Shown here: positions 1 through 9,880 of the stretch, one piece after another
How positions within the stretch are numbered: the stretch's first letter is position 1
Layout: every line of letters starts with the position of its first letter
IMG/VR virus record: IMGVR_UViG_3300031673_000011
Span: 22,567 to 86,566 of that record
Reading direction: 5' to 3' (one strand)
DNA: 64,000 nt
Source of the DNA: a virus
The notes under the pieces: generated by a model
What the model was told of the DNA's origin: nothing
The model's database searches: none
Seen by the model: only the letters and a program-made list of their open reading frames with translations
Program-made: the position numbers and the translations under genes

Positions 1-82
1 TTTTTATAGAGAGTTCATAATCAAAAAAAGGTTAATAGATAAACCTTAAAATATCTATAAATGAAAGGAGAAAATAAGAAAA

Positions 83-574
83 ATGGAACAAGAACTTTTA
101 AACAAAATACAAGATAAAGAGAGAGAACTCTTAAATTTAACTTCTCAATTAGAAGATTTTAAACAAAAAGAGAAAGAATCTATTTTAAAGACAAAAGGAT
201 TTAATAAAGTTTTATATCTTTTAAATCAAGAATTTGAAAGCAGTAGCCAAAGAACACCACAATATTTAGAATTCCATAAGACTTTTAAAAGAGAATTCAC
301 AAATATTTTAAAGGATTATTGCAATAAAATAGAAATATCAAAACCGAACCATTTTGATATATCAGGTTTTTTTGAACTTAAAGACAAAAGAATTTATTAT
401 TTTTCTCTTAGTGATTTAAGATGGAGCAAAGATAGTTTATTAATAAGGACAGCAAAAGGTTTTAAAGATTATACTGGAGGAAGTAACCACGATATATCTT
501 TAGATTTAAATTTTATTGAAAATCTTTTAAGTTACTTAGAAAGAAATAAACATTTTGATAGTGTAAAAGATTAA
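83..574 (+). CDS. hypothetical protein, N-terminal coiled coil
   Basis: 163-aa ORF with upstream AAGGAG; C-terminal LIRTAKGFKDYTGGSN segment. Confidence 0.7.
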   Translation: MEQELLNKIQDKERELLNLTSQLEDFKQKEKESILKTKGFNKVLYLLNQEFESSSQRTPQYLEFHKTFKREFTNILKDYCNKIEISKPNHFDISGFFELKDKRIYYFSLSDLRWSKDSLLIRTAKGFKDYTGGSNHDISLDLNFIENLLSYLERNKHFDSVKD

Positions 575-575
575 A

Positions 576-713
576 ATGAAAATAACAGAAGATAAACAAA
601 ACGAAATTATAGGAGAATTGCTTATAAAAGAAAAATATAAGTTTATTCAAAATGGTTTAATCGGAGAGATCGCCAGGGATATTTTTAAGGAATTAGAGAA
701 AGAATCCAAATAA
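576..713 (+). CDS. small hypothetical protein (45 aa)
   Basis: ATG one base after the previous stop, MKITEDKQ...EKESK*; not in the ORF track. Confidence 0.5.
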   Translation: MKITEDKQNEIIGELLIKEKYKFIQNGLIGEIARDIFKELEKESK

Positions 714-818
714 TTAATTTAATATTCAAACCCCAATTAATTTTTATGAGGTTTTAGGGCTTATTGAGAGAGTGAAACAAACACTTTAAAAAATATTCAT
801 ACTCAATAAGCCGAGAGC

Positions 819-851
819 AAACAAGGGGGATTAGATCCCCCTTGTTTTTTA
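819..851 (+). terminator. hairpin plus U-tract terminator-like element
   Basis: AAACAAGGGGGAT-TAG-ATCCCCCTTGTTT perfect 13-bp stem followed by T run. Confidence 0.7.
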
Positions 852-1304
852 ATTCTTGACTTATTAAAAGAAAAAAAGGAGAAATAAGGAAATAAACTAA
901 AGAATATTAACCAAAAGGAAAAACTAAGATGAAAACAAACGAGGAACTTTTAAAGATTTGGGATAATAAAGAGAATTCATATAAGGATTTTTGGATTTAT
1001 GAAAGATTGACATTAAAAGAAAAAATGATTCTTTTTGATTTATTAAATAATAGGGGGATGAAGGCAAATTAAAAACAATATGTCATTTAACACAATTAAA
1101 AGGAGGTTTAAAAAATGGGATTAATACAAGAATTGGATTATTTCGTTCAGTATTGCAAAACAGAAACAAAAGCAAAACGAATGAAAAAGAAGGATTTTGA
1201 GAGAATTATAAAGGCAGTTGATACTTTGCAAAATGTCATGGAAAGTTTGGGATATTAATTTATTTTATTTTTTAATTTTATTTTTTTCCCAAAAGAGGCA
1301 AAAT

Positions 1305-1325
1305 AAAGAATAGTTACTATTCTTT
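1305..1325. promoter_or_regulatory. 21-bp palindrome, copy 1 (operator-like)
   Basis: AAAGAATAGT-T-ACTATTCTTT. Confidence 0.6.
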
Positions 1326-1664
1326 TTTAATTAAATGAAGTGGAGAAAAAATGATAAGAAAATCAAAAGAATATATAAAAGGATTTACAGATGGATATAA
1401 AAAAGCAAGAAAAGATTTTGAAAAAGTAAGGAAAACATCAGAAAAAAGAATGAAACCAATAAGAGAAGCAATTAGAAAACTTGGTAATCTATAAATTCAA
1501 TTAAACTAAATAGGAGGTATAGAAATGGAATATCAAATAAACTTAACTGCGAAAGAAATAGGAATTATCCAAAGTGCTTTGAGGCACATAGATGGAGTTC
1601 TAAATACAGAACTTATTACAAACCACATAGAAAGTCAATTTGTTGAGCAGTTAAAAAAGAAGTA

Positions 1665-1710
1665 AAAGAATAGTTACTATTCTTTAATGATTAGAAAAGT
1701 TTAAATACTT
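1665..1710 (+). promoter_or_regulatory. palindrome copy 2 overlapping a class-A promoter
   Basis: Identical 21-bp palindrome followed by AATGATTAGAAAAGTTTAAATA (BRE/TATA). Confidence 0.65.
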
Positions 1711-1742
1711 TTTTAATTAAATTAAATAGGAGGTTAAAGAAA

Positions 1743-2039
1743 ATGGGAGAAAGAAATAGCATATATTTGATGAATGATGAAATATATCTTTATTCACACT
1801 GGGATACAGCAGAAGGATTAAGAGATATTTTGAGAAGTGCTTTAATTAGAGGAAAAGAAAGATGGGATGATAGAAGTTACCTTAATAGAATTATCTTTTC
1901 TGAAATGATTAAAGATGAAGTTTTAGAATTAACTGGATATGGTTTATCTAATTTTGTTCCAGATGGGCAAGTTGTTTTAAGTGTAGATGTAGATAAGCAA
2001 GAAGTTAATGGGAAAAGCTTTGAAGAATTTACAAGATAA
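1743..2039 (+). CDS. hypothetical viral protein
   Basis: 98 aa, GGAGGT RBS, IYLYSHWD motif. Confidence 0.75.
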   Translation: MGERNSIYLMNDEIYLYSHWDTAEGLRDILRSALIRGKERWDDRSYLNRIIFSEMIKDEVLELTGYGLSNFVPDGQVVLSVDVDKQEVNGKSFEEFTR

Positions 2040-2066
2040 TCAATTAAACTAAACAGGAGGTATAAA

Positions 2067-2330
2067 ATGAAAATAAAAAAAGTAGTTAGATTAGAGGGTT
2101 CAGAAGAGACAATAGAGGTTACATTCGAACATAATGGGCAAGAAGCAAAATTTACTTATACCCTAATTGGAAGAGAAATTGGGATCGATGAATGCACTTA
2201 TCAAGAAAAAGAAGATGAGGACATTTATGATATTATTCACGATTGGGTTGAAGCATACATAACCACTAAAACGAAAGTTTTATTTGATGGAAAGGAAGTA
2301 AATTATGATGGAATCATCTTAACTAAATAA
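2067..2330 (+). CDS. acidic hypothetical protein
   Basis: 87 aa, GGAGGT RBS. Confidence 0.7.
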   Translation: MKIKKVVRLEGSEETIEVTFEHNGQEAKFTYTLIGREIGIDECTYQEKEDEDIYDIIHDWVEAYITTKTKVLFDGKEVNYDGIILTK

Positions 2331-2728
2331 AACAAGGAGGTATAAAATGGTTAATTTTTGGAATGGTTCGGTTCAAGAAGGAAGTGAAGGATTTGAAGAA
2401 CAAGACGAAGACGAATACGAAGAATAAAGTAGGACATAATTTTTATTTTTATTTTTTGTATTATTAATAGTGAAGGCATAGCCTAATAGCAGGTAATTAA
2501 ACAAAATGGAGGATAAAAATGAAAGAACTAACACAACAAGAAGAGTTAGATAGAGAAGAAACTATAAAAGAAAAGTTTGAAGAAATGTTTAGTAAGTATA
2601 CTTTAGAAGATCTTTATTTAATTCAAGAAGAATTAGAGAAAGAAATAAGGTTAAGTGAAACTGCTAAATCCCAAGGATTTGAGTAAAATTTGAGTAAATA
2701 TTCAATTAAATAAAATGGAGGTAAATAA

Positions 2729-2950
2729 ATGGTATATTTGGGAATAGTCACATCACCCTTATTAGAAGTTTCTGATGGTAAAATGTTTGGTTGTTTCCTT
2801 TTTGTATTATTTCTCCTTGGAATTTATATGTTTTATATTTTTCCAAATAAAGCAAAAAGGATAAAGGAGCAGGAACAGGAAATTGAAAGGTTGATATTAG
2901 TGGTAAAAAAATTAGAAGAGGAGAATGCTCGATTAAGCAGGAATTATTAA
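2729..2950 (+). CDS. small membrane protein with coiled coil
   Basis: One TM helix, GGAGGT RBS. Confidence 0.65.
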   Translation: MVYLGIVTSPLLEVSDGKMFGCFLFVLFLLGIYMFYIFPNKAKRIKEQEQEIERLILVVKKLEEENARLSRNY

Positions 2951-3052
2951 TCTTTTTTGTTTTGTCACCACTAAAAAGTTAATAGAAAGATTTAAATAGT
3001 CTTTGTCTTTCAATGAAAGAATAAACAATCACTTGATTATTCATTTTATAAA

Positions 3053-3619
3053 ATGGAACAAAAAACAATAGGGAAAACAAAACAAAAAAAGGGGGGTGGG
3101 TTATTTAGTGTTGCTCTTTATGTAAGAAATAGTACAACAGAAGAAAGACAAAACCCCAATGTTCAATTAAATCCTTTAATAAACAAATGCAAGACGGAAG
3201 GTTGGAATTATGAAACTTTTCAAGAGTTTGCTTCTGGTTCAAAAGAAACAAGACCAGAGTTGGACAAGATGTTAAAGAAAGTTAGGAATAAAGAATTTGA
3301 TGCTGTTGTTGTTTGGAGATTAGATCGGTTGGGAAGAAATCTTAAACATCTTTTACAATTGATAGAAGAATTTAGGAATAAGAATGTTAGTTTTATTTCT
3401 TTAACAGAAGGATTTGATACCTCAACACCCCAAGGAGAACTATTTTTTCATATAGCAGGAGCATTTGCTCAATTTGAAAGAAAGTTAATTCAAGAAAGAA
3501 TCAACGCTGGATTAAACGAAGCAAAAAGGCAAGGAAAGACACTTGGAAGACCTACAGGTTCTAAAGATAAAAAGCGAAGAAGAACTTCAGGGTATATTCA
3601 TAGGTGGTTAAAAAAATGA
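3053..3619 (+). CDS. serine recombinase (resolvase/invertase family)
   Basis: ALYVRNS catalytic motif, SG..RPEL, VWRLDRLGR, AQFERKLIQER, GRP. Confidence 0.95.
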   Translation: MEQKTIGKTKQKKGGGLFSVALYVRNSTTEERQNPNVQLNPLINKCKTEGWNYETFQEFASGSKETRPELDKMLKKVRNKEFDAVVVWRLDRLGRNLKHLLQLIEEFRNKNVSFISLTEGFDTSTPQGELFFHIAGAFAQFERKLIQERINAGLNEAKRQGKTLGRPTGSKDKKRRRTSGYIHRWLKK

Positions 3620-4263
3620 GAATAATAACTTTAACAGATGTTCATAGAATATTAGATAATACAAAGAAAGAAAGTCAAAGGGCAATATTTTTATTTATGT
3701 ATTTAACTGGGGTTAAAATTGGGGAAACATTTAAACTTGAAAAAAGGGATATGATTGATAGCAATCATATAAAAGTTGGTGGAAGGATTATTTTTATAGA
3801 TTCATTAATATTTAAAAGTTATATTGGAAAATATTTAGAAAACTTTTTACCATTTCATAGATTTGTTGGAATTAGAGCATTACAAAAAACATTTAAAAAT
3901 GTTTTAAAGAAGATTGGTGGGTCTGAAAAATGGACTTTAGATGATTTGAGAAAAGGGTTTTTTGTAAGGTGCTTAGCAGAAGGTAAAGATACTTCAGAAA
4001 TTTGTTATTCTCTTGGGATTAAAGAAAAACAAGTTTATATTATGAGGGATTTACTTTTGTTAAATAATGGTGTTTCAAAAAAAGATAGAGATTTGGTATT
4101 TAAAAGAGACAATTTTACTTGTAAGTATTGTAGTAAAAGTTCTCCTGAAGTTGAATTAGAGATAGATCATATTATCCCTGTAGTGAAAGGTGGGAGTAAT
4201 GATTTAGGAAATTTACAAACATTATGTAAGGATTGTAATGAAAGGAAGGGGGATAAATTTTAA
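3616..4263 (+). CDS. degenerate tyrosine-recombinase-like domain fused to HNH endonuclease
   Basis: YLTGVKIGE / TLDDLRKGF / SLG boxes; C-terminal RDNFTCKYC..LEIDHIIP..GGSN..NLQTLCKDCN; ATGA overlap with the resolvase stop. Confidence 0.8.
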   Translation: MRIITLTDVHRILDNTKKESQRAIFLFMYLTGVKIGETFKLEKRDMIDSNHIKVGGRIIFIDSLIFKSYIGKYLENFLPFHRFVGIRALQKTFKNVLKKIGGSEKWTLDDLRKGFFVRCLAEGKDTSEICYSLGIKEKQVYIMRDLLLLNNGVSKKDRDLVFKRDNFTCKYCSKSSPEVELEIDHIIPVVKGGSNDLGNLQTLCKDCNERKGDKF

Positions 4264-4484
4264 AATGAACATTGAATCTGAAGTAAAAGAAATTATACGA
4301 TCTGGAGGAACTAATGAAGAAAAGGCAAGAAGAATATGTAATACAGCTAACTTTTCAGAGGCAAAGGTTTTAAAGGCATTAAATAAAGGTGGAGAAAGGG
4401 TTTCAGATATTTATTTAAATATAGTTGTGGAGAATAAAAAATGATATACAACTACTACATAAAGGGAGGAATATCTTAAAGAAA

Positions 4485-5066
4485 ATGGAAAACAAAAAAT
4501 ATTCAATAATCTATGCAGACCCTCCTTGGGAATATAATAGTAGAGCAAATCATAAAACAAGGTTTAGAGGGGGAGCTTGTGGTCATTATAATTTAATGAG
4601 TATGGAGGAAATTAAGAAATTACCAATTAATGAATTAGCAGAAGATAATTGTGTTTTATTTATGTGGGTTACATTTCCTTATTTAAATGAACAAATTAAG
4701 TTGTTTGAATATTGGGGATTTAAATATAAAACATTAGGATTTAGTTGGATTAAAATAAATAAGAGAAATGGAAAAGCTTTTTTTGGAGTAGGATATTATG
4801 CTAAGAGTAATTGTGAGGTTTGTTTAATGGGAATTAAAGGAAAGATGAAACCTATATCTAATAATGTAAGTTCAGTAATTATTTCTCCAAGGAGAGAACA
4901 TTCAAGAAAACCAGATGAAGTTAGAGAAAAGATAGTAGAGTTATTTGGTGATGTTCCAAGGATAGAACTTTTTGCAAGACAAAAAGTAGAAGGTTGGGAT
5001 GTATGGGGTAATGAAGTTAAATCTGATATTGAATTAAATTCGGAGGTTCCAACTCCTTCCTTGTAA
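4485..5066 (+). CDS. MT-A70 family adenine methyltransferase
   Basis: IIYADPPW, LFMWVT, HSRKP, RIELFAR, GWDVWGNE. Confidence 0.93.
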   Translation: MENKKYSIIYADPPWEYNSRANHKTRFRGGACGHYNLMSMEEIKKLPINELAEDNCVLFMWVTFPYLNEQIKLFEYWGFKYKTLGFSWIKINKRNGKAFFGVGYYAKSNCEVCLMGIKGKMKPISNNVSSVIISPRREHSRKPDEVREKIVELFGDVPRIELFARQKVEGWDVWGNEVKSDIELNSEVPTPSL

Positions 5067-5223
5067 TAAAAAATGACACAAGCACAATGCAGATTTTGTA
5101 AAAAAATAATAATTGAAAACTGGGAAAAGTTTTTAGAAGAATCAAGTGAAAAATATATTCAATGTCCATATTGTAAAACACAATTTCCCAATCCAAAATT
5201 TACTAAAGAGGAGACAGATTAAA

Positions 5224-5571
5224 ATGGAAAAACAAAAGAAAAAGACTAAAATATTATTTATATGTATGGCCAATACTAACAGGAGCCCTACTTTTGAAAG
5301 ATATTTTAAAAAACATTATGATAAGAAATTTGAAGTAAAAAGCACAGGAACTTATTATGGCTATCCAGAAAGATTAACAGAAGATATACTTGAATGGGCA
5401 GATATAGTTTATGTTATGGATTTATCACAGGAATTGTTTATTTCAAGATATTTTCCAGAATATGTAAAGAAAGTGGAAGTTATAGGAATTTCTGATCAGT
5501 ATAATCCTGATGATGAAGATTTAATTGAGTTAATAGAATATTGGATAAAAAAGAAAGGAGAATTAAAATGA
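5224..5571 (+). CDS. low-molecular-weight protein tyrosine phosphatase-like protein
   Basis: ILFICMANTNRS (CX5R), WADIVYVMD, ISD.Y. Confidence 0.85.
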   Translation: MEKQKKKTKILFICMANTNRSPTFERYFKKHYDKKFEVKSTGTYYGYPERLTEDILEWADIVYVMDLSQELFISRYFPEYVKKVEVIGISDQYNPDDEDLIELIEYWIKKKGELK

Positions 5572-5826
5572 AAGATAAAAAAATTAAAATAGAACGAAGT
5601 AGATGTGTTATGTGTGGGGCATTTCCAGAGAAAAGGATAAATAGGGATACTGAAGAAATAGTTGATATATATTTCATAGACCCAAAAACAAAAGAACAAT
5701 TGTGCGAAAAATGTAATAGAATTAATAATATGATTTATAATACAAGGGGGGAAAAAATATCTGGAAAGATAATAATTAAAAAATGAAAGGAGATTTAAAA
5801 TGAAATTAAGTAAAAATGGTGATTAT

Positions 5827-5863
5827 GTTACCATTATAAAGTGATTAGAAAGATTTATAAAGG
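5827..5863 (+). promoter_or_regulatory. class-A promoter (GTTAC box + BRE/TATA), representative copy
   Basis: GTTACCATTATAAAGTGATTAGAAAGATTTATAAAGG, ~25 nt upstream of ATG 5888; about 17 related copies in the window. Confidence 0.85.
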
Positions 5864-5887
5864 AGAGAATATTAAATAAAATATAAA

Positions 5888-6424
5888 ATGAAAATTAAAT
5901 TTGAATATGGAGATGAAGAAGTGGAAATTCCTAAAGTATTTTTGGATGGTTTTAAACAAGCAAAGAAAGAAGAAAAAGATTTAACGATTGAAGAATATTT
6001 TGATGAATTAGATTATGATAATTATTCAGAATATTATGGTAAAATAGTAGATAAAGAAATGGCTTTATTTTTAATTGCAAAAGAACTTGGAACTGATTAT
6101 GGATTTGGTGGTTATCCGAGAGAAGAATATATGAACTTTGAGGATAATGGATTTAAATATACTATTTGTTGTTTTGGTTGGGCTAATGATGAAAATTTAA
6201 AAAGTGGAGGATATAATTTTATAGGATATAAGGAGAAAATAAGTTTTGTAACAAATAAAGAAATAAAAATAGTTGAAGATAGAATTTCAGATATATGTGG
6301 TGGATTAGCCAGCTTAGCAGAAACAGATGGAACAGAAAGTGATGCTTATAGAGAATATAAATGTGATTTAGATGATAAAAAACTTGAGTTAAGAAGATTA
6401 AAATATAAATTAAATAAAAAATGA
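5888..6424 (+). CDS. acidic hypothetical protein
   Basis: 178 aa behind a class-A promoter; ALFLIAKELG segment recalls the archaeal RPA N-terminal (DUF2240-like) helix. Confidence 0.7.
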   Translation: MKIKFEYGDEEVEIPKVFLDGFKQAKKEEKDLTIEEYFDELDYDNYSEYYGKIVDKEMALFLIAKELGTDYGFGGYPREEYMNFEDNGFKYTICCFGWANDENLKSGGYNFIGYKEKISFVTNKEIKIVEDRISDICGGLASLAETDGTESDAYREYKCDLDDKKLELRRLKYKLNKK

Positions 6425-6681
6425 AACAAAAAAATAAAGAAATAAACCATATAACTATGTGTCCTTATTGCAGACAATTATTTGATATAGCAGTTGGAGA
6501 TAAATTTATGTCTGGAGAAATTAAAAGAAGATGGCCAGAGAAAACAATTCATTATAGCGATTATGATGGTAAAGAAATAATTATTCATCCAGAAGCAGAA
6601 GAATATAAAAAACAGGGAAGGGATATATTAAATAAAGAAATTGAATTAAAAAATGGAACTAAAACAAATACAAACAGATAA
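6421..6681 (+). CDS. hypothetical protein with CPYC
   Basis: Overlaps both neighbouring genes in an operon-like arrangement. Confidence 0.6.
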   Translation: MKQKNKEINHITMCPYCRQLFDIAVGDKFMSGEIKRRWPEKTIHYSDYDGKEIIIHPEAEEYKKQGRDILNKEIELKNGTKTNTNR

Positions 6682-7708
6682 GATATTAGCAAACTTCTCA
6701 CAGCCACGAGAACATTTTGATAAAGAAAAAATAAGAGAACTTTCAGAAAGTATTCTTTCTAATGGATTAATTAATCCAATTACCGTTAGAGAATATAAAG
6801 ATAAGTTTATGATTGTTGCAGGAGAGAGAAGATGGCAGGCACACAAAGTTGCTGGATTAAAAACTATTTCTGCATTTGTTAAAGAATATAAGAATGATGG
6901 GGTATGGATGATTGAAAGTTTAATTGAGAATGTTCATAGAGAAGATTTAATGCCTTTGGAAAAAGCAAAATTCTTAAAAAAGATTAAGGATATTGAAAAT
7001 ATTTCTGAAAGAGAATTGGCTAAAAAGGTTGGAATAAGTCAAACAGTAATTAATCAACATTTATCACTTTTGCCTATTGAGAAAGAAATTGAATTGATTG
7101 GCATGCCAATCAAAGATTATACAACAATTTCACAAATAGCTTCATTACCATCAAAAGATGACAGAGCAAAAGTATTCAAAAAGATGGAAGAAAGAGGGGT
7201 TGCTGAAACTCGTAGAGTAGTATCTGTAATAAAAAAAGCATCACCAGAAGTTAAAGAAGCACTCCTTGACGATAAAATAACTGTTCAACAAGCAGAAAGT
7301 TTAACTAAGATAGAATCTCCAAAAGCAAGAGAGCAAGCACTAAAAGAAGTAAAACAACATAGGCATATTGCAGACATAATTCCAAAATTGAAAGAAAAAG
7401 CAAAACCAGAATTAACAGATGATTTAAAGAAAAAAATGAATTCTGCACAAAAAATAATTTTTAATCATTTGTATGATGCGAGGGTTGGATTGATAAAAGC
7501 AAATAACAGTTTGAGTAAAGCTAATCTTATGTTATATCAATTAATGCAAAGAGAGTTTGAATATGGTTTGTCAGAAAAGACATTAAAAACAACAATGCAG
7601 CAAATGATTGGGATTTTTGACGAAATCAATAAATTCAACATTTTAACTGAAAAGTTTGAAGATTTGAAAGAAACTTTTGTTGGAAGAGTTAAGGAAATTA
7701 AAAAATGA
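6653..7708 (+). CDS. ParB/Spo0J-like protein
   Basis: QPREHFD, GLINPITV, IVAGERRWQA, LIENVHREDL, HTH (SERELAKKVGISQ). Confidence 0.93.
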   Translation: MELKQIQTDKILANFSQPREHFDKEKIRELSESILSNGLINPITVREYKDKFMIVAGERRWQAHKVAGLKTISAFVKEYKNDGVWMIESLIENVHREDLMPLEKAKFLKKIKDIENISERELAKKVGISQTVINQHLSLLPIEKEIELIGMPIKDYTTISQIASLPSKDDRAKVFKKMEERGVAETRRVVSVIKKASPEVKEALLDDKITVQQAESLTKIESPKAREQALKEVKQHRHIADIIPKLKEKAKPELTDDLKKKMNSAQKIIFNHLYDARVGLIKANNSLSKANLMLYQLMQREFEYGLSEKTLKTTMQQMIGIFDEINKFNILTEKFEDLKETFVGRVKEIKK

Positions 7709-8214
7709 CAAAAATTAATTGGGAGTTAGGAAAAGTGACTAAAGAAGAAATTGTTGAACATTTGAAAGAATTTCACCAAGTTGATTTTAATGATAGAAGA
7801 GCATTAGGTATAATAGAATTTATTGAAAATCATTTTCCAGATTTAGTTCAAGATTGTGATGTTATTAGAAATGATTTTTATGGAAAGGTAAGTAAAAAGA
7901 AGATTGATAAAGTTTATTCATTAATAAAATTATCATTGAAAGAATGTGAAACAAATGGAATTCCTGTAGTAAATGTTTATGATTTTAATGAGCAAGGAAG
8001 TCCAGAATGGAGAATTTGTAAACCAACACAAGACCAAATAGAATATTTGAGATTTAAAAGATGGTTAGCAATGATTGAAGGATTAGCAAATAAAACATTA
8101 CTTCAAGGAAATCTTATAGAAGAACTTGCTCTTGATGAAGTTTTAGGGGATATAAAGAGAACAATCATTGAAGGGCAAAAGAAGAGGATAAAACTTAAAG
8201 TAATAGCAAATTAA
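7705..8214 (+). CDS. hypothetical protein coupled to ParB
   Basis: ATGA overlap, 169 aa. Confidence 0.7.
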   Translation: MTKINWELGKVTKEEIVEHLKEFHQVDFNDRRALGIIEFIENHFPDLVQDCDVIRNDFYGKVSKKKIDKVYSLIKLSLKECETNGIPVVNVYDFNEQGSPEWRICKPTQDQIEYLRFKRWLAMIEGLANKTLLQGNLIEELALDEVLGDIKRTIIEGQKKRIKLKVIAN

Positions 8215-8307
8215 TAAAAGTTTCATCATTCTTTTAAAAATAGTAGTTTTGTTACTACTATTTAATATTCACAAAGGTTTATAAATTGGTTTTGTTTAAG
8301 AAAGAAT

Positions 8308-9081
8308 ATGACATTAAAAAAATACGAATTACTTAATGAAAGTTTAAAAGCAGTATCAGAAGGAGCAATAAATCTCCTGGTTTTAAAAGGAAATGCTGGA
8401 TCTGGGAAAACTTTTACAACTCTTAAGTATATGAAGAAAGCAAAGATAAATTACAAATACATTAACAATTATGCAACACCCCTTTCATTCTATAAAATTA
8501 TTTATGAAAATAGGAAAAAAGATATAATTATATTTGATGATGTTCAAAGCATTAATGACCCTAGAATTAAATCCATGTTAAAATCTGTTTGTGGAGAATT
8601 AGATGATGGGAAACGAATGGTTAGTTACTATTCAACATCCCCCTTGCTTGAAAAGAACAATTTGCCAGATTCTTTTGAACCAAAGGCAAACATCGTTTTA
8701 ATTTTTAATGATGATATTTCTGGGTTTGAACCAATAACAAATAGAGGAGTAACAATTGACTTCTTTTTTAATTTCCAGGAATTAATAGAGATTTTTGAAT
8801 TCTTTCAGAAATCAGCTAATATAGAACAGGAAGTTCTTGATTATGTCAAAGAGAGTTGTAATGAAGCTACAAGTAATTTAAGCATTAGAACACTTGTAAT
8901 TCTTTCAAATCTTTATAGGAAGGGATATGATTTTAAAATCTTCGCAAAAGAGATATTAAAGACTGATAAAGGGCTTTATGACTTGATAAAACTTAGTGAG
9001 AAAGATTGGTGTAATGAGACTGGAATGAATAGAGCTACATATTATAGGAAAAAGAAAAGTCGCAAAAGTCGCATCATTTAG
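8308..9081 (+). CDS. P-loop (AAA-like) ATPase with C-terminal HTH-like tail
   Basis: Walker A GNAGSGKT, Walker B IIIFDD, TGMNRATYYR. Confidence 0.8.
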   Translation: MTLKKYELLNESLKAVSEGAINLLVLKGNAGSGKTFTTLKYMKKAKINYKYINNYATPLSFYKIIYENRKKDIIIFDDVQSINDPRIKSMLKSVCGELDDGKRMVSYYSTSPLLEKNNLPDSFEPKANIVLIFNDDISGFEPITNRGVTIDFFFNFQELIEIFEFFQKSANIEQEVLDYVKESCNEATSNLSIRTLVILSNLYRKGYDFKIFAKEILKTDKGLYDLIKLSEKDWCNETGMNRATYYRKKKSRKSRII

Positions 9082-9098
9082 GATGTGTGCTTGTTTAT

Positions 9099-9135
9099 AT
9101 TGCTACTATAAAATGATGATAAAAGTTTATAAAGG
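9099..9135 (+). promoter_or_regulatory. class-A-like promoter of the RAMP/array locus
   Basis: ATTGCTACTATAAAATGATGATAAAAGTTTATAAAGG; GGAGGT RBS at ~9184. Confidence 0.65.
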
Positions 9136-9197
9136 AGTGAGTTTTAAATAAAAGATAAAATGAATCTTTTTATACAAATGAAAGGAGGTAAAGAAAA

Positions 9198-9755
9198 ATG
9201 AAGATATATAATATAACAATTGTAGGAACAAGTCCTTTGCTTATGAATAGACCATCTCAATTAGATATTGGTGATAAATCAAAAACAGCAAAGCGAGAAA
9301 CACAAACCCCTAAGGAAATTGCAGAAGCTAAACTTTATATTGATTCAGAAGATAGAATATATTGTCCTGCTACTTGGTTTCATGGTTGTATAGTTGAAGC
9401 AGGAAAGCAAAAGAAGATGTTAGGCAAGGGTTCTGCGAGAGCAAATTATTCAAAAGTTTGTGGTTCAAGTGTTGAGATAAATCCATTTGAAATTTTATTA
9501 AAAGATAAATGGAAAGTATTTTCAATATTGGCTGTTAATCCAACAACAAAGGGAAAAAATATTTTGCATAGACCCCAATTTGATAAATGGGAATTGAATT
9601 TTGAAGTAGCATTTGAAGAAGAACAAATTGAAGTTTCAGTAATGAAAGAAATATTTGATATTGCTGGAAGACAGGTTGGAGTTGGAGATTGGAGACCTGC
9701 AAAGAAAGGAAGATTTGGAAAATTCCAAGTTACTTTGTGGAAAGAGAAAAAATAA
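9198..9755 (+). CDS. stand-alone Cas7/RAMP-fold RNA-binding protein
   Basis: N-terminal beta strand plus GTSPLLMN, IYCPATWFHGCI, RPQFDKWELNFEV, C-terminal G-rich loop GVGDWRP..KGRFGKF typical of RAMPs. Confidence 0.8.
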   Translation: MKIYNITIVGTSPLLMNRPSQLDIGDKSKTAKRETQTPKEIAEAKLYIDSEDRIYCPATWFHGCIVEAGKQKKMLGKGSARANYSKVCGSSVEINPFEILLKDKWKVFSILAVNPTTKGKNILHRPQFDKWELNFEVAFEEEQIEVSVMKEIFDIAGRQVGVGDWRPAKKGRFGKFQVTLWKEKK

Positions 9756-9762
9756 ATCACAA

Positions 9763-9880
9763 ATCATAATCACCTTAATAAGTGATTGAGGTGGGGTGAG
9801 GTGGGGTGAGGTCCAGTGAGGTGGGGTGAGGTATGGTAAGGTCCGGTTTGGTGAGTTTGTCTATTCTCATAAAAATAGAC
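9763..9880 (+). ncRNA. putative guide RNA unit 1: ATCATA leader, hairpin, (GGT-NN)13, hairpin
   Basis: Hairpin AATCAC/GTGATT; GGT (one AGT) every 5 nt from 9790 to 9850; closing hairpin GTCTATT/AATAGAC. Confidence 0.8.
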
